DNA of 64,000 bases, taken from an uncultured Actinomycetes bacterium. Lineage in GTDB: Bacteria > Actinomycetota > Actinomycetes > Nanopelagicales > Nanopelagicaceae. The DNA is taken from positions 4,830 through 68,829 of the forward strand of contig CAZUOG010000001.1 in NCBI GenBank assembly GCA_964622225.1. Direction: 5' to 3'. Both the position numbers and the translations under genes were made by a program. Shown one piece after another: positions 31,464 through 41,376 of this stretch (position 1 is the stretch's first letter; each line of letters begins with the position of its first letter). The notes beneath the pieces are model-generated. The model had not been told where the DNA came from. It was given only the letters and a program-made list of their open reading frames with translations, and ran no database searches.

Positions 31464-32704
31464 GCACTAAATTAGATTCTCGCAAACTGCGCTTAGGCGC
31501 ATTTCTTGCTGTTATGGGCCCTGGAATTATTGCCGGGCTATCTGATGACGATCCAGCAGGCATCACAACATATTCTCAATTAGGAGCACAATTTGGTTAT
31601 CAACTCTTGTGGACTTTGGGAATCTCCACTATCGCTTTAATTCTTTTCCAAGATTTAGGTGCACGCATCGGTGTGGTGACTCGTCAAGGCTTAATTGGAT
31701 TGGTGCGCCAAAAATACGGCGCCCGCTCTGGAATGTTAAGCGCACTTGCATTGGTCATCGCAAATATCGGAACTATGACTGCAGAATTTGCAGGTATTGC
31801 GGCGGCTGGAAATCTCTTTGGAATTTCAAAGTACCTCACGGTGCCTTTGGCTGGAATTGTGGTTTCATTCTTAGTGCTCCGCGGAAGTTTTGCTCGCGTT
31901 GAAAAAGTATTTTTCATTCTGGCTTCTGTATTTATCTCTTACGTAATTGCAGGTTTCATGGCCAAACCAGATTGGTCAGCTGCAGCAAAAGGTCTATTAG
32001 TTCCTACTATGCCTTTTAACCATGATGCGCTCTTTATAGCGACTGCAACATTGGGTACCACGCTTGCACCTTGGGGACTTGCCTTTATTCAAAGCTATGC
32101 AGTTGATAAGCGCCTTACAAAAGAAGATTTAAAACTGCTACGAGTAGATGTTTGGACTGGTTCACTCTTAACCGGAATTATTGGATTTTTCGTAGTTATT
32201 ACTTGCGCGGCCACACTTAAAGCAAACGGTCAGACTTCTATTACTGATGCGGCGCAGGCAGCAGCTGCGCTCAAGCCTTTAGCTGGCACATTAGCAAAGG
32301 AGTTATTTGCACTTGGTCTGATTGGCGCAGCGCTACTAGCTGCTTCGATTTTGCCACTTTCTACAGCATATGCAGTCACGGATCTAACCGGAAGACCAGC
32401 TGCCTTAGATGACAAAGCGAGTGAAGCACCACTTTTCTATGCAACATTTGGTGCGATCACAATTGTGGCCGCAGCACTTGTTCTGATCCCTGGTGCACCT
32501 CTAATTCGAATTCTAGTTTTGACTCAGATTTTGAATGCAATTTTATTGCTTCCACTTTTACTTTATATGTTTGGCATTGCAAAAGATGAAAGATTAATGG
32601 GTGAATACAAAGCCACAAAAAAAATGCTTTTTGTATACACATTAATTATTGGACTGATTTTTATTTGCGTCGGGACTCTGCTCTGGTTTAGTACCGCAGG
32701 ATGA
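31460..32704 (+). CDS. Nramp (SLC11)-related transporter with non-canonical, NRMT-like metal site
   Basis: 414 aa, about 11 TM. TM1 DPAG (31550-31561) in place of DPGN. TM6 GTTLAPW (32054-32074) in place of GA.VMPH. Confidence 0.8.
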   Translation: MSTKLDSRKLRLGAFLAVMGPGIIAGLSDDDPAGITTYSQLGAQFGYQLLWTLGISTIALILFQDLGARIGVVTRQGLIGLVRQKYGARSGMLSALALVIANIGTMTAEFAGIAAAGNLFGISKYLTVPLAGIVVSFLVLRGSFARVEKVFFILASVFISYVIAGFMAKPDWSAAAKGLLVPTMPFNHDALFIATATLGTTLAPWGLAFIQSYAVDKRLTKEDLKLLRVDVWTGSLLTGIIGFFVVITCAATLKANGQTSITDAAQAAAALKPLAGTLAKELFALGLIGAALLAASILPLSTAYAVTDLTGRPAALDDKASEAPLFYATFGAITIVAAALVLIPGAPLIRILVLTQILNAILLLPLLLYMFGIAKDERLMGEYKATKKMLFVYTLIIGLIFICVGTLLWFSTAG

Positions 32705-33579
32705 GCGAGAAAAAACATTTAGCTTTTCCCAATAAAGCCGACTCAGTTCGGTTAGCAATTGGAGTTATGGGAATTGGTACATCTGGCCCATTAATTGCAC
32801 TTAGCACCATGCCAGTTTTGACTCTGATTTTTTGGCGCAACCTCGGCGGCGCAATTGCAACTTTCTTTACGAACTACAAAAAGTTGGAATTAAAAGATCG
32901 TGAAGGCTTCAAATGGTCTGCAATTGCTGGAGTAGTTCTGGCGGCGCACTTTGTTGGTTTCTTTCTTGCAATGCGTTATACATCGGTTGCATCCGGTACT
33001 GCGCTAGCTGCGCTGCAACCTATTTTCGCCACAATTTTTGCTGTTTTCACGGGACATCATGTTTCAAAACTTTCCTGGTTTGGCATGTTAGTAAGTTTTA
33101 TCGGCGTGCTCTTTATTTCCGGAATAGATTTACATTTTTCTTGGAGAGCTTTTCAAGGTGATTTAGCAGCGATAGTTTGTGCAGCTCTAGCAGCTACCTA
33201 TGTAAATCTTGGGGCGAAAGCGCAGCGCACAATACCTCCAACAACATATACAACTATTTGCTATTTCTTCTGTGCGCTAAGCGCGCTGCCATTTGCACTA
33301 ACTCAAGGAAATTTCATCCATTTTGCAGCACGTGAATGGTGGCTGGTACTGGGATTAATTATTGGGGCTCAATTGCTTGGCCATTCCATGTTTAACAGCG
33401 TATTAAAGAGAGTATCCCCAGCAATTGTTTCAATGGTCGTTTTCTTCGAAGTTCCTATAAGCGCTTTATTAGCTATTTGGTGGCTACGTCAGAAACCACA
33501 TTTAGGTATTTGGATTGGGATTGTTGTAATTATGGCAGGTAGTACTTTGGTGATTTTGGGCCGCACTGATGAAAATTGA
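32701..33579 (+). CDS. EamA/DMT family transporter
   Basis: 292 aa, about 10 TM in two repeated halves. Confidence 0.8.
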   Translation: MSEKKHLAFPNKADSVRLAIGVMGIGTSGPLIALSTMPVLTLIFWRNLGGAIATFFTNYKKLELKDREGFKWSAIAGVVLAAHFVGFFLAMRYTSVASGTALAALQPIFATIFAVFTGHHVSKLSWFGMLVSFIGVLFISGIDLHFSWRAFQGDLAAIVCAALAATYVNLGAKAQRTIPPTTYTTICYFFCALSALPFALTQGNFIHFAAREWWLVLGLIIGAQLLGHSMFNSVLKRVSPAIVSMVVFFEVPISALLAIWWLRQKPHLGIWIGIVVIMAGSTLVILGRTDEN

Positions 33580-34417
33580 TTTACATACTCATTCCAGTAA
33601 GAGTGACGGAACTATGTCACCAACTGAATTAGTACAACATGCAATCATTAATGGAGTAACTGTCTTAGGTCTTACAGATCATGACACTGTTGCAGGCTGG
33701 GATGAAGCAACTTCGGCGGCCAGGGGAGATTTTCAGCTGGTACTTGGTGCTGAAATTTCATGCCTAACTGAAGATCACAAAAGTATTCACATGTTGGGAC
33801 TTTTATTTGATAAAAGCGATGAACCTTTGCAAGAGGTATTGGGGGCAAGTCGCGATGACCGAATCCCGCGAATGAAAAAGATGATTGAACTAATGGCAGC
33901 TGACGGATTAAAAATCACTTTCGATGAAGTACTTAAATATTTACCCGATGGAACAACTTTAGGTCGTCCTCATCTAGCGGATGCTTTAGTGGGAAAAGGA
34001 ATAGTTAAGAATCGAGACCAAGCATTTGCAGAGTACTTAGCAAATGACTCTAAATACTATGTTTCACATTTAGCACCAACTCCAATCCAAGCGATTAAAT
34101 TAATAAGGAATGCAGGTGGAGTAGCTGTTATTGCCCACCCATACTCTTCTATGCGTGGTGAAAAGATTGACTTGGACTCTTTAAGAGCTTTAAAAAAAGC
34201 GGGTTTGAATGGTATTGAGGTAGATCATAGAGATCATTCCGCTGATGAACGCCTTAATCTCCGCGCTATTGCATCAGAATTAGATTTGGTAATTACCGGT
34301 TCGAGTGATTTCCACGGTTCTGGAAAATTAAATTTAATTGGTGAGAATGTCACATCTCCTGAACATTGGGAGCGATTAGAATCTCTTGCTAATGAACGAA
34401 GGGTTATAAAGAAGTGA
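33569..34417 (+). CDS. PHP-domain phosphoesterase (TrpH/YciV-like)
   Basis: IDLHTHSSKSDG N-terminal metal motif. 282 aa. Confidence 0.8.
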   Translation: MKIDLHTHSSKSDGTMSPTELVQHAIINGVTVLGLTDHDTVAGWDEATSAARGDFQLVLGAEISCLTEDHKSIHMLGLLFDKSDEPLQEVLGASRDDRIPRMKKMIELMAADGLKITFDEVLKYLPDGTTLGRPHLADALVGKGIVKNRDQAFAEYLANDSKYYVSHLAPTPIQAIKLIRNAGGVAVIAHPYSSMRGEKIDLDSLRALKKAGLNGIEVDHRDHSADERLNLRAIASELDLVITGSSDFHGSGKLNLIGENVTSPEHWERLESLANERRVIKK

Positions 34418-35019
34418 AAGATGTAAGTACTCTGACCTTTGCCCTTCAGGCATTTGTTACATTGATGGTGATTCTTGATCCACCTGGCAATGCGCCGATT
34501 TTCTTGGCTGTGCTCGGAGATCGCAGCGCCAAAGAGGGCCGACAATTAGCAGTTCAAGCCGCAACTATTTCGTTTTTAATCATTGCAGGTTTTGCACTCT
34601 TTGGCCGATTCTTACTTGATTACATGGATGTATCCATTGGCGCCATGCAAGCTGCGGGTGGTTTATTGCTATTGATGGTTTCTTTAAATTTGTTAACCGG
34701 CAAAGAAGATAACGAGTTAACTTCAGGTTCCAAGAATGTCGCAATGGTTCCGCTAGCTACACCTTTACTTGCAGGTCCTGGCGCAATTGTTGCGGTGATG
34801 ATTTTTGCGCATCAAGTTAAGAGCGTTGATATGGGAGTGGCACTAGCTGCATCAGTGATCGCAGTCCATGTTTTTGTTGCTTTAGCTTTGATGGCTTCCA
34901 CGTTTATTTTGAAGTTAATCGGAAAAGCTGGCGTTGATTTGCTGGCAAGAATCGCAGGTTTAGTGCTTTCTGGAATTGCGGTTCAAATGTTGGCGAACGC
35001 TATCCACGCACTCGCTTAG
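34414..35019 (+). CDS. MarC family integral membrane protein
   Basis: 201 aa, 6 TM. ILDPPGNAPIF motif. Confidence 0.78.
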   Translation: MKDVSTLTFALQAFVTLMVILDPPGNAPIFLAVLGDRSAKEGRQLAVQAATISFLIIAGFALFGRFLLDYMDVSIGAMQAAGGLLLLMVSLNLLTGKEDNELTSGSKNVAMVPLATPLLAGPGAIVAVMIFAHQVKSVDMGVALAASVIAVHVFVALALMASTFILKLIGKAGVDLLARIAGLVLSGIAVQMLANAIHALA

Positions 35020-36259
35020 TACGAGTGCGTTCCCGCTTTTCGCGAACTGGTCGTTCCATTTTTTCACTCTTTGGTTTTACCTCAAGGCTCTGAGTTCCCT
35101 TAGGAATTCCCAAATCTGTATAGAGATGATCCGATGAAGAATAGGTTTCTTGAGGTTCTGGAAATCCAAGTACCAGCGCTTGATTTATGTGTGACCAGCG
35201 AGTTAATTCATCCCAATCGACGAAAGTAACTGCAGTGCCGGAGGCGCCAGCGCGAGCAGTACGACCAATTCGGTGCACATAAGTCTTTTCATCTTCAGGG
35301 CACTGGTAATTAATCACGTGAGTAATTCCGTCGATATCAATGCCGCGTGCTGCAACATCTGTAGCCACGAGAATGTCATGCTTTAGAGATTTGAAATCTT
35401 TAAGAGCATTTTCGCGTGCGCCTTGTCCTAAATCTCCATGAATAGCAACAGTGTTAAAGCCACGCGCTTTCATGTCATCAGCAATTTGCTGGCAAGCTCT
35501 TTTAGTTCTACAAAAAATCATGGTTGGCCCACGACCTTCAGCTTGGAGAATTCGTGCCAGCATTTGAGGTTTATCGAGAGCGTGTGCACGATAGACAAAC
35601 TGTTTAATTCGACTTACAACTGCACCGGCATCTTCAACTTCTGCTCTTATATGAGTTGGTTGATTTAAGAATTTTCTCGCAAGCGTGACTACATCTCCTG
35701 GCATGGTTGCTGAGAAAAGCATGGTTTGAGTGCGAGATGCAGTTAGCGTGAAAATCTTTTCCACATCAGGCAGAAAACCTAGATCTAACATTTCATCTGC
35801 CTCATCAAGCACTAAATGTTTAACTTCACTTAAATCCAGCGCTTTTTGTCGATGCAAATCTAATAAGCGACCAGGTGTGCCAACCACAATATCTACACCT
35901 TTTTTCAATTCGGCGATTTGCGGTTCCATTGGTCGGCCGCCATAGATTGCGGTGACACGTAAATCTGGCCCGATAGATAACTTATTTAGCTCTTCTGCAA
36001 CCTGAATTCCCAATTCACGTGTCGGAACTACAACCAGTGCAACGGCTTTGCCAGAACCACGTTTCACGTTATTGAGTATGGGTAAACCAAAACCTAAAGT
36101 TTTTCCGGTTCCAGTTTTTGCCTGTCCGATGATGTCAACACCAGTTAGTGCAAGGGGGATTACTGCTTCTTGAATCGGAAAAGGATTAACGAATCCAGCT
36201 GCGGTAATTGAATTTAAAAGTTCAGGTGATAACCCAAGATCAGCGAAAGTCTTACTCAA
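35000..36259 (-). CDS. DEAD-box ATP-dependent RNA helicase
   Basis: AKTGTGKT, DEAD, SAT, HRIGRTARAG. TTG start directly abuts the upstream stop. Confidence 0.9.
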   Translation of the reverse strand: MSKTFADLGLSPELLNSITAAGFVNPFPIQEAVIPLALTGVDIIGQAKTGTGKTLGFGLPILNNVKRGSGKAVALVVVPTRELGIQVAEELNKLSIGPDLRVTAIYGGRPMEPQIAELKKGVDIVVGTPGRLLDLHRQKALDLSEVKHLVLDEADEMLDLGFLPDVEKIFTLTASRTQTMLFSATMPGDVVTLARKFLNQPTHIRAEVEDAGAVVSRIKQFVYRAHALDKPQMLARILQAEGRGPTMIFCRTKRACQQIADDMKARGFNTVAIHGDLGQGARENALKDFKSLKHDILVATDVAARGIDIDGITHVINYQCPEDEKTYVHRIGRTARAGASGTAVTFVDWDELTRWSHINQALVLGFPEPQETYSSSDHLYTDLGIPKGTQSLEVKPKSEKMERPVREKRERTRTKRVRG

Positions 36260-36484
36260 CTATTTGCCAAATCCAACGCGGCGTTCAGATTGTTCGCCAA
36301 TTTCGACGAAACCAATCTTCGCTGCTGGAATAATATATTCGCGACCTTTACTGTCTGTAAGCGAGAGGGTAGTACCAGCTGCGATTGCTTTATCAACAGC
36401 CGCTTTAATGTCTTTTGGACTGTCTGCAGATTCGAATGCAATTTCAGATACAACATCAGAGACTGCAATACGGATATGTGCCAT
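36260..36484 (-). CDS. DUF3107-like small protein
   Basis: 74 aa. Its position between a TetR gene and the DEAD helicase matches mycobacterial synteny as I recall it. Confidence 0.7.
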   Translation of the reverse strand: MAHIRIAVSDVVSEIAFESADSPKDIKAAVDKAIAAGTTLSLTDSKGREYIIPAAKIGFVEIGEQSERRVGFGK

Positions 36485-36502
36485 TTTTAGTAACCTTCGT
36501 TT

Positions 36503-37108
36503 CTAGTTTTCATTACGCGGGAAGCCGGAAATGCCTCGCCAAATAATATTTGTCGCAAGAGTTTGTGCTTGTTCGCGACTCAATTTTGAATCACGTTCCA
36601 ACCAGTGGCGCGCAGTAACCTGCGCACTGCCGATTAGTCCAACACCTAAGAGCATCGCTGCTTCTTGAGGTAAACCTGTATCTAATGAGATAACAGCGCT
36701 AACAGCAGCGGCACAGTCGTAAGTCATTCGATTTAATCTTTCGCGAACCGCTGGCTCTATGTTCATGTCACTTTCAAAGAGCAATCTGAAAGCTTCACCT
36801 TCGGCTTCAATAAAATCGAAATAAGCAGCAATTGTTGCTTGTACACGTTTTGCATTATCTGGAGTCGATTGGATTGCTCTTTGAATTGCAAATACCAATG
36901 AATCAATATGTGTATCAAGAACTGCTAGGTAGAGATCAAGTTTTGATGGGAAATGCTGATAGAGCACAGGCTTGCTGACTCCTGCGCGATCAGCGATTTC
37001 ATCCATCGCTGCAGAGTGATAACCAGCGGCAGTAAAAACTTCTAGTGCTGCGGCCAATAATTGAGCTCGACGCTCATCACGTGGCAGGCGTCCCTTGTCG
37101 TTACTCAT
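36503..37108 (-). CDS. TetR/AcrR family transcriptional regulator
   Basis: N-terminal HTH AAMDEIADRAGVSKPVLYQHFPSK. Confidence 0.85.
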   Translation of the reverse strand: MSNDKGRLPRDERRAQLLAAALEVFTAAGYHSAAMDEIADRAGVSKPVLYQHFPSKLDLYLAVLDTHIDSLVFAIQRAIQSTPDNAKRVQATIAAYFDFIEAEGEAFRLLFESDMNIEPAVRERLNRMTYDCAAAVSAVISLDTGLPQEAAMLLGVGLIGSAQVTARHWLERDSKLSREQAQTLATNIIWRGISGFPRNEN

Positions 37109-37139
37109 TGGTGGAATCTTACTGGCAGAATTACTCGAT

Positions 37140-38252
37140 ATGAAAGCGCTAGTAGAACCAGGTCGCGCGCTTAGTGATGCAGAAAAAGAAAGATATTCAC
37201 GTCATCTGCTGATTCCAAATATCGATATCGAAGGTCAAGAACGATTAATTAATGCAAAAGTCCTATGCGTTGGAGCTGGCGGTCTGGGATCTCCAACCAT
37301 CATGTACCTAGCAGCTGCCGGCATTGGTGAAATTGGCATCGTTGATTTTGATCGAGTTGATGTGACTAATTTGCAACGACAAATAATTCACACTCAAAAC
37401 GATTTGGGGAAGAGTAAAGCCCTAAGCGCCAAAGAAAAAGTTGAATCGCTTAATCCAGGCACAAAGGTAAATACCTATGAATTTAAACTCGATTCAAATA
37501 ATGCGTTAGATATATTCAGAAATTACGATTTGATTATTGATTGCACTGATAATTTTGCTACAAGATATTTGATAAATGACTCAGCTGCGATTTTAGGTAA
37601 GCCATATATATGGGGAAGTATCTATAGGTTTGATGGTCAGGCTTCAGTTTTCTGGTCCAATGAAGGCCCTTGCTACAGATGCATGCATCCAACACCACCG
37701 CCACCTGGATCTGTGCCGAGTTGCGCAGAAGGCGGTGTGCTAGGTGTTTTATGCGGAACGATTGGTTCGATTCAAAGCAACGAAGCCATCAAATTAATTA
37801 CTGGGATTGGAAACTCACTGCTCGGAACTTTATTAATTTACGATGCATTGAATAGTAGTTATAAAAAATTAGAAATTAAAAAAAGCGCAACTTGCCCAAT
37901 TTGTTCCGGAATACAAAAAGAATTGCTGCCAGATTATGAGGATTTTTGCGGTTTGGGTGATGCAATTTCGCCTGCGCAATTGGCAGAAAAAACAAATGAA
38001 TACTTCCTGGTCGATGTGCGAGAGCCTGATGAACATACTGCACTTTCAATACCAGGAGCGGTATTGATTCCAAAGGGTAAATTTGAAGATGGCAGCGCAT
38101 ATGCTCTACTGCCAAGTGATCGCGAAATTATTCTGTATTGCCGAAGCGGTATTAGATCAGCAACTTGCTTACAATTACTTAAAGCAGCAGGTTTTATCAA
38201 CTCTAAACACTTACAGGGTGGAATCATCTCCTGGGAAGAGAGCAAACGATGA
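37140..38252 (+). CDS. moeZ: MoeZ/MoeB-type adenylyltransferase-sulfurtransferase (ThiF domain + rhodanese)
   Basis: GAGGLGSP, CxxC pairs, rhodanese loop YCRSGIRS. The ATG at 37140 avoids overlap with the divergent TetR gene. Confidence 0.88.
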   Translation: MKALVEPGRALSDAEKERYSRHLLIPNIDIEGQERLINAKVLCVGAGGLGSPTIMYLAAAGIGEIGIVDFDRVDVTNLQRQIIHTQNDLGKSKALSAKEKVESLNPGTKVNTYEFKLDSNNALDIFRNYDLIIDCTDNFATRYLINDSAAILGKPYIWGSIYRFDGQASVFWSNEGPCYRCMHPTPPPPGSVPSCAEGGVLGVLCGTIGSIQSNEAIKLITGIGNSLLGTLLIYDALNSSYKKLEIKKSATCPICSGIQKELLPDYEDFCGLGDAISPAQLAEKTNEYFLVDVREPDEHTALSIPGAVLIPKGKFEDGSAYALLPSDREIILYCRSGIRSATCLQLLKAAGFINSKHLQGGIISWEESKR

Positions 38253-39091
38253 GTCAGAAGAGAGCTTTACTTGTTCACGCACATCCAGACGATGAAACCA
38301 TTAACAACGGCGCCACCATGGCGAAAATGGTTTCTGAAGGTGTAGCAGTAACTCTTGTTACCTGTACTCGAGGAGAAGAAGGCGAAGTATTAGTGCCAGA
38401 GCTGGCACATTTAGCAAGCAGCGCAGAGGATAAGTTAGGCGAACATCGAGTTACTGAACTTGCTAATGCGATGAAGGAGTTAGGCGTAAAAGATCATAGA
38501 TTCTTAGGCAATTATCGCGATAGCGGAATGATGGGAACTCCACAAAATGATCATTCAAATTGTTTTTGGAAAGCCGACGTTGAAGAAGCAGCAAAGAAAT
38601 TGGCAGCAATTATTGATGAAGTAAAACCACAAGTTTTAATTACGTATGATGAATTTGGTGGTTATGGGCATCCAGATCACATTCAGGCACACCGAGTCGC
38701 AATGCGCGCATCTGAAATTTCAACTTGGGATATCCAGAAAATTTATTGGAACATCATGCCCAAATCTGTTGTAGCTAAAGGTATCGAAGCAATGAAAGCC
38801 CAGGGTAGCGATTTCTTTGGCGCCGAAAATGTAGATGATTTGCCATTTGTGAAAGATGATTCTTTTGTAAGTGCATTAGTTCATGCGCCAGAACAGGTGG
38901 AGAAGAAAATGGCCGCCATGAAGGCGCACGCCACACAAATAACTGTAGATGGCCCATTTTTCGCACTTTCAAATAATCTAGGCGTACAAGTATTTGGCGA
39001 TGAGTATTACACCTTGGTTAAGGGCACCAAGAGCGCTCCATTTAACGAAGATAATTTTGAAACTGATTTATTTAGCGGGGTAAAGCTCTAA
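38249..39091 (+). CDS. mshB: PIG-L family deacetylase, MshB-like (mycothiol biosynthesis)
   Basis: LLVHAHPDDE and GHPDH zinc motifs. Confidence 0.8.
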   Translation: MSQKRALLVHAHPDDETINNGATMAKMVSEGVAVTLVTCTRGEEGEVLVPELAHLASSAEDKLGEHRVTELANAMKELGVKDHRFLGNYRDSGMMGTPQNDHSNCFWKADVEEAAKKLAAIIDEVKPQVLITYDEFGGYGHPDHIQAHRVAMRASEISTWDIQKIYWNIMPKSVVAKGIEAMKAQGSDFFGAENVDDLPFVKDDSFVSALVHAPEQVEKKMAAMKAHATQITVDGPFFALSNNLGVQVFGDEYYTLVKGTKSAPFNEDNFETDLFSGVKL

Positions 39092-39983
39092 ATCTACAGC
39101 TATGGTGATTTAGGTAGTCTGCAGATTTGTATAGTTCGTAAGCTTCAGAATTTTCCATACGAACTTGGAGCGCCAACTTTGCTCCTGCTGATTCAGCTTC
39201 AAGAGCGTGTAACATCTTTCGGCCATAACCTTTTCCACGCTCTTCTTCGGTAACCCAAATTCTCGATAAAATCGCCCAATCATCGGCGAAAGCAATTCGA
39301 CCTATCGCAATCACTTTATTGCGCTCTTTGATTGTTAAATGTTTTGCGTTGCTCTTGGTTAGTAACTTATTAATCGGTTCATCACTATGTATTGCCAACC
39401 ATTCTGCTGTAGGTACATTTGATATCTCATAATCAAAATCAACTTTTTCTACAACTGGATTTTTTACTAAGACTTCAAGATCAAGAAGCTTCTTAAAACC
39501 ACGAGATTCAAGTTCCGCATCAAGTTCTTGATTAATACTAGGCACCAATGAAACCGTTGGAGCCAAGCCACGTTCCTGGTACCAATTAATCATCTGATCA
39601 ATGTGATCATCGCTTCCTAGAATTAATGCAGAATTGGCTCGACGGGTAACTCCGACATCAGCGCGAAATATCCAATTGCCAACAATCAACTCTTCCTTGG
39701 CTGGCCAAGTTTTATTTGCAATGCGTTCTAAATCGTAAATTCGAACGGAAAGGGGCGCACCGGAAGTTGCAGTTCTGGGAACATCGATGATTTCTCTCCA
39801 GATATAAATTTGAGCTGGATCAAATTGAATGATCTCTCCGTGGCGGTTTTTGAGTGAAGTTGGGGAGAGCAGGTGGCCAACTATGTCTCGAAAGCCTGGG
39901 TCATCATGCAGGCGGATTGTGACCCTTTTGCCAATATCACTCTCTGAAATCTGACCCACGCCTGAATAGTAAAGCCACTTCAT
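39072..39983 (-). CDS. GNAT family N-acetyltransferase (possibly cg3035/Rv0428c-like)
   Basis: 303 aa. C-terminal GNAT core (VTEEERGKGYGRKML). 20-nt convergent overlap with mshB. Confidence 0.7.
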   Translation of the reverse strand: MKWLYYSGVGQISESDIGKRVTIRLHDDPGFRDIVGHLLSPTSLKNRHGEIIQFDPAQIYIWREIIDVPRTATSGAPLSVRIYDLERIANKTWPAKEELIVGNWIFRADVGVTRRANSALILGSDDHIDQMINWYQERGLAPTVSLVPSINQELDAELESRGFKKLLDLEVLVKNPVVEKVDFDYEISNVPTAEWLAIHSDEPINKLLTKSNAKHLTIKERNKVIAIGRIAFADDWAILSRIWVTEEERGKGYGRKMLHALEAESAGAKLALQVRMENSEAYELYKSADYLNHHSCRFRALPR

Positions 39984-40000
39984 TTATGTAGAATCGCGCC

Positions 40001-40315
40001 ATGACATACGTAATCGCAGAACCATGTGTAGACGTTAAAGATAAGTCTTGTATCGATGAGTGCCCAGTAGATTGCATCTACGAAGGTTCACGCATGCTGT
40101 ACATCCACCCAGATGAGTGTGTTGATTGTGGCGCTTGCGAACCGGTTTGCCCAGTAGAAGCGATTTATTACGAAGATGATGTCCCAGCAGAACAAGCAAA
40201 TTTCCGCGAAAACGCGCCACAATTCTTTATCGAGTTAGGTTCTCCTGGCGGAGCTGCGAAAGTTGGACAGAAAGATTTCGATCCAGAGTTCGTTAAGAAT
40301 CTTCCTGCTAAGTAA
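40001..40315 (+). CDS. fdxA: 7Fe-type ferredoxin
   Basis: [14 protein letters not shown] and [12 protein letters not shown] cluster motifs. Confidence 0.9.
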   Translation: MTYVIAEPCVDVKDKSCIDECPVDCIYEGSRMLYIHPDECVDCGACEPVCPVEAIYYEDDVPAEQANFRENAPQFFIELGSPGGAAKVGQKDFDPEFVKNLPAK

Positions 40316-40320
40316 TTAAC

Positions 40321-41373
40321 TTGAAGCTTCCAGATTTTCCTTGGGATGCGTTAGCGCCATTCGGTGAGAAGGCGAAAGCGCATCCTTCTGGTTTTATTGA
40401 TCTCTCTCAAGGAACACCGGTAGATCCAACTCCTGAGTTCATTCAGGAAGCTTTTAAAGCAGCTGCAAATTCACCAAGCTATCCTGTAACAGCAGGAACT
40501 CCTGAATTGCGGGATGCAATTTCAAATTGGGCCAGAACAGAACTAGGCGCATCTGGCGAATTCGGAGTATTGCCACTAATTGGCTCAAAGGAATTAGTTG
40601 CTTGGCTACCTACAATTTTGCAAAGCAAACAAGTTTTATATCCAGATATTGCGTATCCAACATATTTAGTTGGCTCGATGATTGCTAAAACAAAATCGAG
40701 CAGAGTTGATTTCGATGCAAATACTTGGCCGGATGCTGATTTAGCTTGGGTAAATACACCATCAAACCCAACAGGCCGCGTGAATTCAGATGAAGAGCTA
40801 AAAAGTGCTATCAATTGGGCGCAAAAAGGTGGAGTAGTTGTAGCGGATGAATGCTATTTGGAATTCGGAAATGGAATTAAACCAAAATCTATTCTTTCGC
40901 TAACTGATGGAAATAATAAAAATATTCTTGCTATTCATTCGTTGTCAAAGCGTTCTTCAATGGCTGGCTATCGCGCCGCGATGATGATTGGTGACAAAGA
41001 ACTAATCGCCAGAATTCTTGAAGTACGCAAACATGCCGGAATGATGGTTCCGCTTCCAGTACAAAAAGCTATGGTTGCAGCTTTAAGCGATTCTAAACAT
41101 GTAGCAGAGCAGCGCAGTAGATATAACGCTCGAAAGGAAAAAGTGCGCGCGGCCATTGAAAAGAATGGTTTCAAAGTTGATCACTCCGAAGCTGGACTTT
41201 ATCTATGGGCAACTCGAGGTGAATCAGATTGGGATTCAGTATCTTGGTTTGCCGAAAGAGGCATTTTGGTTACGCCTGGCCATTTTTATGGAGAAAAAGG
41301 CGGAAAACATGTGCGAATTGCGATGACTGCAACAGATGCGCAAATTGATGAATTAGTTAAGCGACTTGGTTAA
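40321..41373 (+). CDS. dapC: succinyldiaminopimelate transaminase-like class I aminotransferase
   Basis: PLP lysine context SLSKRSSMAGYR. Follows fdxA, as in mycobacteria. TTG start. Confidence 0.78.
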   Translation: MKLPDFPWDALAPFGEKAKAHPSGFIDLSQGTPVDPTPEFIQEAFKAAANSPSYPVTAGTPELRDAISNWARTELGASGEFGVLPLIGSKELVAWLPTILQSKQVLYPDIAYPTYLVGSMIAKTKSSRVDFDANTWPDADLAWVNTPSNPTGRVNSDEELKSAINWAQKGGVVVADECYLEFGNGIKPKSILSLTDGNNKNILAIHSLSKRSSMAGYRAAMMIGDKELIARILEVRKHAGMMVPLPVQKAMVAALSDSKHVAEQRSRYNARKEKVRAAIEKNGFKVDHSEAGLYLWATRGESDWDSVSWFAERGILVTPGHFYGEKGGKHVRIAMTATDAQIDELVKRLG

Positions 41374-41376
41374 TAA

